Shown: one piece after another, positions 1 to 8,200 of the stretch
How positions within the stretch are numbered: the first letter of the stretch is position 1
Layout: every line of letters starts with the position of its first letter
Assembly (NCBI GenBank): GCA_029548865.1
Contig: JAKPMO010000002.1
Span: 128,001-192,000, forward strand
DNA from: Caldisericota bacterium
GTDB taxonomy: Bacteria; Caldisericota; Caldisericia; JAAYUI01
Direction: 5' to 3'
Length of the DNA: 64,000 nt
The notes under the pieces: generated by a model
The model's input: only the letters and a program-made list of their open reading frames with translations
Databases searched by the model: none
Told to the model about the DNA's origin: nothing
Translations under genes and position numbers: made by a program

Positions 1-177
1 GACAAGATCAAGATGGAATCCAAGTTTATGGACGACCTTGGCGCAGATAGCCTTGGCCTTGTGGATGTCACCATGGAACTTGAGGAGAAATTTGGCGTTT
101 CAATCCCGGACGAAGACCTCCCGAAAATAACAACAGTAGCATCAGCTGTTGACTACGTCCAGAAGAAGCTTTCGTAA
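1..177 (+). CDS. acpP: acyl carrier protein (5' truncated)
   Basis: Frame 1 reads [39 protein letters not shown]...; DLGADSL phosphopantetheine motif; TAATG overlap with fabF. Confidence 0.93.
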   Translation, partial: DKIKMESKFMDDLGADSLGLVDVTMELEEKFGVSIPDEDLPKITTVASAVDYVQKKLS

Positions 178-1412
178 TGAGACGCGTAGTCGTAACTGGC
201 CTTGGCCTGGTTACGCCGGCTGGTATCGGAAAAGAAGCTTTCTGGAGTTCACTTGTTGAAGGCAAGTCTGGCGTTGGCAAAATTTCAAAATATGACATGT
301 CAGGCTATCCGGTGCAGATTGGTGCTGAGGTCAAGGATTTTGACCCATCCAAATACATTGACTCAAAAGAAATTCCGCGAACAGACCTTTTCGTCCAGTA
401 CGCTCTTGCTGCTGCCATGCTATGTGTCCAGGATTCCAAGATAAACCTTGAGAGTTCCAACAGGGACCGAATTGGGACATTAATATCAACTGGTATTGGT
501 GGTCTGCAGACTATCGAGAAGAACATCATGGCAAGGATCGAGAAGGGCCCAACCAGGGTTTCCCCATTGTTTGTGCCAATGATGATTGGAAATATGGCTT
601 CTGCCCATGTGTCCATGAAATATGGTTTGAGGGGCCCTTCCTCGAACATCGTTACCGCTTGTGCAACCTCCAATTATGCCCTCGCGGAAGCCTCCGAAAT
701 GATCAAGCGCGATGACGCAGATCTCATGTTCGCAGGTGGCGTAGAGGCTTCTCTCATCCCGCTGGGTGTCATTGGCTTTGCAAACATGAAGGCTCTTTCC
801 ACAAGAAATGACGACCCGGAAAAAGCATCACGTCCATTTGATAAGGACCGCGATGGCTTTGTTATGGGCGAGGGTGGAGCTGTATTGCTGCTTGAAGAGT
901 ATGAGCATGCAAAAGCCAGGGGTGCACAGATTTATTGTGAAATAAAGGGCGCTGGTTATTCAAGCGATGCTTATCACATTACACAGCCTGACCCGGATGG
1001 CTGGGGCGCAAAAGCTTGCATGAAGAACGCAATGCGCAAGGCCGGAGTGGGTATTGAGAATATAGATTATATCAATGCCCATGGCACCTCAACACCTCTC
1101 AATGACAGGATAGAGGCCAAGGCCATTGCAGATGTATTTGGAGACAGAACCGGAGAAATACTTGTCAACTCGACAAAGTCGATGGTGGGTCACCTGCTTG
1201 GCGCCGCTGGTGCAGTAGAGGCCGCCGCAGTGGCACTTCAGATAGTCAATAAAACCGTCCACCCTTCAATAAATTTTGAAAACCCTGATCCCGAAAGCAA
1301 ACTCAACATTGCCGCAAAAGCTGTTAAAAAAGAAGTGAAATACGCACTTTCAAATTCGTTTGGGTTTGGTGGACACAACTGCTGTATTGTTTTTGGGAGG
1401 GTTGATGCCTGA
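177..1412 (+). CDS. fabF: 3-oxoacyl-ACP synthase II
   Basis: RRVVVTGLG start, TACAT catalytic Cys, NAHGTST, KSMVGH, SNSFGFGG. Confidence 0.97.
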   Translation: MRRVVVTGLGLVTPAGIGKEAFWSSLVEGKSGVGKISKYDMSGYPVQIGAEVKDFDPSKYIDSKEIPRTDLFVQYALAAAMLCVQDSKINLESSNRDRIGTLISTGIGGLQTIEKNIMARIEKGPTRVSPLFVPMMIGNMASAHVSMKYGLRGPSSNIVTACATSNYALAEASEMIKRDDADLMFAGGVEASLIPLGVIGFANMKALSTRNDDPEKASRPFDKDRDGFVMGEGGAVLLLEEYEHAKARGAQIYCEIKGAGYSSDAYHITQPDPDGWGAKACMKNAMRKAGVGIENIDYINAHGTSTPLNDRIEAKAIADVFGDRTGEILVNSTKSMVGHLLGAAGAVEAAAVALQIVNKTVHPSINFENPDPESKLNIAAKAVKKEVKYALSNSFGFGGHNCCIVFGRVDA

Positions 1413-2208
1413 AGATAATGTCCAGAAATGCAAAGGTTGCAACAGACCTCTAGATATGCCTGCTTTTGAGGCAAATATGAGGATTTGTCCGAAGTGTGGA
1501 AGCCATGAACAGGTGCCTGTGAGAGAAAGAATCAAGATGACCGTAGACGAAGGTTCCTTCAAGGAGCTTTGGGGACATCTGGTTTCAAAAGACCTCATTG
1601 GTTTTGTAGATTCAAAACCCTATGCCGACAGAATTATTGAAACAATCAATAAAACAGGCGAGAATGATGCCATAGTGACTGGCGATGCATCAATCCATGA
1701 AACAAAGGTTGCCATTGGTTTTATGAATTTCGGGTTTATCGGTGGGTCCATGGGCGTTGTTGTGGGTGAGAAAATAATGAGGCTTGCCGAACACGCTCTC
1801 AAGGAAAAGGTGCCAATGATCATTTTCTCCCAGTCAGGCGGGGCCAGGATGCAAGAGTCTGTTTTCTCCCTCATGCAGCTTGCTAGAATGTCTGGTGCCA
1901 TTTACAGGTTCCAGGAGCATGGCGGCCTGTATATTTCGGTGATATGTAATCCTTGTACTGGCGGTGCATCAGCTTCTTTTGCTTTCCAGGGTGACATAAT
2001 CATATCCGAACCAGGCGCACTGATAGGTTTTGCAGGCCCAAGGGTTATCGAGCAGACGATAAAACAGAAACTACCGCCAGGTTTCCAGACAGCTGAGTTT
2101 TTACAAGAAAAAGGCTTCCTGGACAAAGTTGTTGACAGGAAGAACATGCGCTGGGTGCTTGGCAAGATACTTTCACTCTATCGTGGTATTCCGATGGAGG
2201 TGGCCTGA
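1405..2208 (+). CDS. accD: acetyl-CoA carboxylase carboxyltransferase beta subunit
   Basis: CxxC...CxxC zinc finger, GGSMG, SGGARMQE, GFAGPRVIEQT; GGGAGG before ATG 1405. Confidence 0.95.
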   Translation: MPEDNVQKCKGCNRPLDMPAFEANMRICPKCGSHEQVPVRERIKMTVDEGSFKELWGHLVSKDLIGFVDSKPYADRIIETINKTGENDAIVTGDASIHETKVAIGFMNFGFIGGSMGVVVGEKIMRLAEHALKEKVPMIIFSQSGGARMQESVFSLMQLARMSGAIYRFQEHGGLYISVICNPCTGGASASFAFQGDIIISEPGALIGFAGPRVIEQTIKQKLPPGFQTAEFLQEKGFLDKVVDRKNMRWVLGKILSLYRGIPMEVA

Positions 2209-3155
2209 TGGTTTACCTTGATTTTGAAAAACCAATAGTTGAACTGGAACAAAAACTTGAAGAGTTTCGCAAGCAGGCAATTGCACGTTCCCTTGACCTT
2301 ACAAATTCCATCCAGACAGTCCAGAGGGAAATAGAAAACAGGCTTGAAGAAATCTATTCAAATCTTACCCCTTACCAGACAGTTCAGGTTGCTCGCCATG
2401 TAATGAGACCAAAGGTCCAGGACCATGTAAGGTTTATGACCCCGGACTACATAATGCTCCATGGTGACAGGTATTTTGCCGATGATCATGCCATGTGGGC
2501 ATCAGTTGGTTCACTTGATGGCAGAACAGTGTTTATTATTGGTCACAACAGAGGATCCAACGTCAAGGAGAACATAAAAGGCAACTTTGGAATGGCATCT
2601 CCAGAGGGCTACAGAAAGGCCATGAGGGTAATGGAGCTTGCTGATAAATTCCATGCCCCGGTCATAACCCTCCTTGACACTCCTGGCGCTTATCCGGGAA
2701 TTGGCGCGGAAGAAAGGGGACAGGCTGAAGCCATTGCCGCCAACATAAGGGACATGTTCGGAGTCAAGGTGCCAATCGTAACGGTTGTTATTGGCGAAGG
2801 CGGTTCTGGCGGTGCCCTTGGAATCGGCGTTGGTGACAGGGTCTTGATGATGAAATATGCAATGTATTCGGTAATTTCTCCTGAGGGATGTGCTTCAATT
2901 CTCTTCAGAGACGGAACCAGGTTCAGGGAAACCGCCCAGATGCTTAAGCTCACAGCACCAGATCTCAAACAACTTGGATTGATAGATGAGGTTATTGACG
3001 AACCGGTTGGTGGCGCCCACAGGTCCCCGGTCGAAGCAATGACATTTGTCAAAGAAGCTGTAAAAAGGAATATCTCAGAACTTCTTGATGTAAAAGGCTC
3101 AATCACTGATTATCGCTACAACAAATACAAAAACTTGCCACCAAAGATGGATTGA
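2208..3155 (+). CDS. accA: acetyl-CoA carboxylase carboxyltransferase alpha subunit
   Basis: YLDFEKPI, LHGDR, PEGYRKA, DTPGAYPG, GEGGSGGAL, ISPEGCASIL. Confidence 0.96.
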   Translation: MVYLDFEKPIVELEQKLEEFRKQAIARSLDLTNSIQTVQREIENRLEEIYSNLTPYQTVQVARHVMRPKVQDHVRFMTPDYIMLHGDRYFADDHAMWASVGSLDGRTVFIIGHNRGSNVKENIKGNFGMASPEGYRKAMRVMELADKFHAPVITLLDTPGAYPGIGAEERGQAEAIAANIRDMFGVKVPIVTVVIGEGGSGGALGIGVGDRVLMMKYAMYSVISPEGCASILFRDGTRFRETAQMLKLTAPDLKQLGLIDEVIDEPVGGAHRSPVEAMTFVKEAVKRNISELLDVKGSITDYRYNKYKNLPPKMD

Positions 3156-3169
3156 TCGAATAGTATTTC

Positions 3170-3200
3170 AAAGCCCCCGAGTTTTCGGGGGCTTTTTTAT
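3170..3200 (+). terminator. intrinsic terminator after accA
   Basis: AAAGCCCCCGA-GTTT-TCGGGGGCTTT followed by T run. Confidence 0.85.
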
Positions 3201-3726
3201 TTTAGGTTACAATGGTGTATACCATACTCACAACTAGCACCTAATCATAGTAAACCAAAACCTTATTATGAAGATGATATTTATTTGTAACAATCTGCAT
3301 TTTATCATTTTTTTGATCAATTAAATCATTGACGCCTGTTTTATAAATGGTTTCTAGAAATCGTTTCCTGTGCTTAATTTTAGGGTGTTTTGAAACTATG
3401 GGTGTTAGATAGGCATATTAATATAAAACTGTAATGACTAACCAAATACCACTATATGATTATATATTATACTCTAAGACACAATATGTTACATAATATG
3501 TTCTAATCATAATTAGTATGCATACTGATTTAGCGTAAGAAAAAGACCCAAACCAATGATGCCTGCTTTTTGCGGTAAAAAAAATCGTTATCTTGAAAAA
3601 TATGCGCACAGACCGTAACATTTTCGTTGCCTTCCCATAATAAAGAAATGTAGATAAATGCTGTATTTGTGCTGAATTAGCACATGTTAATATGGGATAC
3701 TTTTTCACAATATTGAAAAAAGGGGC

Positions 3727-3755
3727 TTGACAAACACACTCCTATTTGTTAGACT
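3727..3755 (+). promoter_or_regulatory. sigma70-type promoter for the NtrC-like gene
   Basis: TTGACA-17 bp-TAGACT with TG extension. Confidence 0.65.
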
Positions 3756-3799
3756 GCAACCGATTTAGAATTAAATTTGGGTTCATCGTGAAAGGAAGC

Positions 3800-5203
3800 A
3801 TGGCAGGCAGAAAGCACACAGTTTTAATTGCAGACGATGAAGAGGGAATAAGGGATCTTCTTAAAGAAATCTGCGAAGAAGAGGGCTGGTCTGTCATATT
3901 TGCATCTGACGGAAAAGAGGCCCTTGAAAAAACAAAGAAAAGCCTCCCTGATGCTATCGTAATGGATGTCAGGATGCCGGTTATGGATGGCATCAAGACA
4001 TTCAAGAAAATGAAAGAATCTGGAATAGACGTGCCTGTAATTCTTATGACGGCCTATGGGTCATCTGACATCGCCATCGAGGCAATGAAACAGGGCGCCT
4101 ACGATTACATAACAAAACCGTTCGATATTGAAGAGATGAGGATGCAAATCCGCAAAGCCCTCCAGCTCAGGGAGTTGACGGCGGAAGTATTCTCTCTCAA
4201 GACAGGAATGACTGCAAGCTTCAGGCTCGAAGAACTGATCGGCAGTTCTCCTGCAATGCAACAGGTCTACAAGTCAATCGGCAGAATTGCTGAATCTGAC
4301 GCCACAGTCCTCATAAGGGGTGAATCTGGCACAGGAAAAGATGTTGTTGCCAGGGCTATCTTCATGAACTCGAACCGCAGAGACAAACCCTTTGTTGCGG
4401 TTAACTGCGCTGCCATTCCTGAGGGCCTTCTTGAATCAGAACTTTTTGGTCATGAAAAGGGTGCTTTTACTGATGCCGTTTCTGTCCACAAGGGAAAATT
4501 TGAACAGGCCGCTGATGGAACCATATTCCTCGACGAAGTTGGAGACATGAGCCTTCCGCTTCAGGCGAAAGTCCTAAGAGTTCTCCAGGACAGAACTTAT
4601 GACAGGGTTGGAGGAAAAGAAGTCCTCATCTCAGAGGCCAGGGTAATCGCGGCCACAAACCAGGACCTCGAAACACTGGTCAGGGAAAAGCGTTTCAGAG
4701 AAGACCTCTATTACAGGCTGAATGTAGTGACAATAACCCTCCCACCACTTCGTGAACGTAAGGAAGACATCCAGGACCTTGTTGATCATTTCATAAAAAA
4801 ATATTGCTCAAAATATAATAAAATCATTGCTGGCGTCTCACCACAAGCAATGAAATTCCTTGGTGATTATGATTGGCCGGGAAACGTCCGCGAGCTTGAA
4901 AATGCAATTGCCAGGGCAGTCATCATCGCCAATTCGCCATTAATTCTTCCAGAATATTTACCGCACACGATTACTTCTTATAAGGCAAGAGAACCGATGT
5001 TTCAGAACAAAGGTGCCATGCCAAAGCTCCATGAGGCTGTTGAGGAGCTTGAAGCCGGATTAATAAAGAGGGCGCTGAAGGAGACCAAAGGCAACCGCAC
5101 AAAAGCTGCGGAGCTCCTTGGGATACCGAGGCGTTCGTTGTACACAAAGATTCAGGAGTACAACATAGGTCTAGATGAGATTGAACCAGACAATGAAATA
5201 TAA
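3800..5203 (+). CDS. sigma54-dependent response regulator (NtrC/AtoC family)
   Basis: Receiver (IADDE, MDVRMP, KPF), AAA+ (GESGTGK, GAFTDA, FLDEVG, WPGNVREL), Fis HTH; AAGGA before ATG 3800. Confidence 0.93.
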   Translation: MAGRKHTVLIADDEEGIRDLLKEICEEEGWSVIFASDGKEALEKTKKSLPDAIVMDVRMPVMDGIKTFKKMKESGIDVPVILMTAYGSSDIAIEAMKQGAYDYITKPFDIEEMRMQIRKALQLRELTAEVFSLKTGMTASFRLEELIGSSPAMQQVYKSIGRIAESDATVLIRGESGTGKDVVARAIFMNSNRRDKPFVAVNCAAIPEGLLESELFGHEKGAFTDAVSVHKGKFEQAADGTIFLDEVGDMSLPLQAKVLRVLQDRTYDRVGGKEVLISEARVIAATNQDLETLVREKRFREDLYYRLNVVTITLPPLRERKEDIQDLVDHFIKKYCSKYNKIIAGVSPQAMKFLGDYDWPGNVRELENAIARAVIIANSPLILPEYLPHTITSYKAREPMFQNKGAMPKLHEAVEELEAGLIKRALKETKGNRTKAAELLGIPRRSLYTKIQEYNIGLDEIEPDNEI

Positions 5204-5267
5204 TGTAATAACAGACGAGTTTGCGATGGTTCGCACGAAAAGTGCGTTTAAGAAAGGAGCAAATGCT

Positions 5268-8200
5268 ATGAAACGTCTGCTTTCTCTAGCTTTGGTTGCT
5301 TTGCTGTTCCTCTCGATACCAGTGGTACCAACCTTTGCTGATGTCAGCAAAGTCAAGGTTGTACCGTATCCGAGGACGGCCGGAAAGATGGCCTCATATC
5401 AGATTGGTTTTAATGTCACGAGGCCGTTGGAGGCAAACAAGGACTCCATAACCGTCACTCTCCCAAACGAGACTACGGTTCCGGAGTATGTGTCTTCCTC
5501 GGTGATCTCCATTAATCCCAAACTTCAGATTGGAGCCGACTACAAGCTCAATTTCGCAACTGGTGATATAACATTTACAAACCCATTGCGCGAGGGAGAC
5601 ATGATCAGGGCCTCCTACACTTATGAAGCCAATGAAGACTACACAATGATGCCAAAACAGGCAGATGTGAAGTTCTTCGACAGGAGCTTCCCAACCGGAG
5701 ACCCAAGAAGCAATAATGGAACGTTTGATCCGGGTGAATGGGTCTACGAAGACAGGGACCACAACGGCCGCATATCACCAGGCGACAGAAGATTGATGGT
5801 TGTAAAAGGTGTTATTGGTGGTGGTGTTCCTGCTACTCCTGGTTGGCCTGATGTTACCGGAGAAGATGCAAAACAAAACTCCATTGTTGCCTCAGGAGAT
5901 GGCGATTGTGGTGATTGCAATACCACATCACCCAGTTTCCCTTTACAGCCGTTGTCACTGATCAGGTTGACTATGGTCGATGTCAATGAGGATGGAATAT
6001 ACAACGAGGGTGACTATCTGTTTGACGACAGGGACCAGTCAGGCACCGTTTCATTTGGTGACAGCATGCTAACAGGCATCGTCTATTTCCCACCCCTGAC
6101 CACTGTTGCCTTCAATGATCCGGATGCTGGTGGCCGAATCTCTACTGCCACATTGCAGACCTTTAGTGGCACAAATACAAGGCATGCAGACAATGGCCAG
6201 ACTCCCGGATCGTATGATCCAGGGGAGGCCATTTACCAGGATTGCAACTCAAATTATCTCGTTGATGCTGGAGATGTAAGGCTTAGCACCGTTGCGATAA
6301 TGAGCAATGGTGCCATGACATATTACTCCATATTATCAAATGTTGTTTCAGGGGACAGAGATGTTGGCACAAGACTGATGGATTTTAAAATCATCTCCGG
6401 TGAAGAAGAGGTTTTTTTGAGTTCCGATCCTGTTTACGATCCGGGAGAACCCATATACAAAAATGGCACAGGGCGCACAACACTGGGAACAACCCCTGTT
6501 CCTGGGGATATCAGGTTGTCATCGTGGTCGGTTGCAGCTTATATGCCAACTTCAATTATTGGTATTACCTCAACTGGAGAGGCTGATGTGAACAATCAAC
6601 TTGTTCCATTCAACACATCCCAGATCACGAAAGCTGAATTAATAACACTTGACAGAACTGCTATTGGTACAAATTTTGTGAACTATACTGGAGCAGATTT
6701 TATAAGAGGCTCTAACAATACAGAAATATCAACCCCAATGGCAGGAAATGCATGTCCTTCCACTTTTCCACCCACTCCACCCACTCCACCCAATCCTAAT
6801 CCGGTTCTGGATGGATGGATGTATCGTGATATGGATGGTTCGAATGATGTAACCCCGGGGGATGTCCGCCTCACCAGTGTCGAGATAAATCAGGGGTCAG
6901 TGCTTGTATCCTATTCGGCAGGTTCAATTGTAAAAACTGGAGAACTGGACGCTATTCCGCTTTCATCGACCACATTCCCGATGAGTTTGGTAAGCCCAGA
7001 TGATTCAACTCGTTTTTTTACAACGCACTGCTCACATACTGAAAATATCAGAATAGACAATACCTTTGAACCTGGCGAATATATTTATGATGATGTCGAT
7101 GGCAGTGGTTCTGTTAGCCTTAATGACATAAGGCTTGTTCCTGTCGGAGTAACATCTTTTGGCAACAAATCGGTTGGCAACAATTTCCCCCTCCTCGGCA
7201 GGACGCTTACACGTGGCTGGGCCCGCATTGAGAACAAAATCATTGTTCCGTATGCCCAGGCTGGCACAAAAACTGCAAAACTGGATTCCAATTCCCTTGT
7301 TATTCTTCCAACACTTGAGCCACCACAACCACCAGCATACATTAAGGCAGAACCGATGACGCTTCCAGGTGGTTCAACACATCTGACAGGGAGTGGCAAA
7401 TGGTTTATTAGGGTTGCTGCAGTGAACATGTATGGTGAAGGCGAACCTTCAGATTCAATGGAAGTGAATTTTGCGCAGGGAACTCAAAATGCCGTCAAGA
7501 TATCTTGGCGTGCCGTTCCTTATGCGAAATCCTACAGAATCTATAAATCTCGCAACGAAACATACTTCCCATCATCTGCACTTCTGGCAGAGATCAACGG
7601 ATCTTCTACTGAATACATTGACAGGGGGACGGTTATCACAGAAGGAACACTTGCCTTTCCATACAAAGCCTCATTCGTAACACTCTGGAGAGGCAGGGGT
7701 GGTCAGGAAACTGAACTTGTCGAGTTCAAATGCGCAGATTACGAAATTGATCTTGCAACCGGACTCATCAGGTTCCGCAGGGCACTCAAGCCATATGAAA
7801 TCATTCTTGCCAACTACAAGTATGCAGATGGCAAGCAGGCCATGGGACCTGGTGCTGATCCGTGCACTACTGTGGGCCACAAAGACGAGGATGTATATGT
7901 TGATGTCCAGAGAGGGATTGGAAAATTGTTGCATGCTCCCGCTATTAACCCTGTTATAGATCCACTTCATTACTGCTTCAGGCTCTGGAGGGCACCAAAA
8001 ATTGATCCAGCAAATCCTTATCTTTTAAGGGCCGGTTCGGATTACACGATCAACTTTGAAAGTGGCGAAATAAGGTTTTCTTCGCATGTTGTAAAAGACG
8101 GTGACATTATAACAGCCGATTATGATACATTCGAAGAAGTTGCCGGTGAATCCCTTGTCGAGGCAATATCAACTGGCATCACAGAAGCAAGAACCATGGC

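Noticed and set aside
3460..3708. 82-aa minus-strand ORF in the AT-rich spacer
   Set aside because: No RBS or motif; composition looks non-coding
5204..5267. Possible sigma54 promoter TCGCACGAAAAGTGC
   Set aside because: Lacks the invariant GG at -24; better explained as a small hairpin
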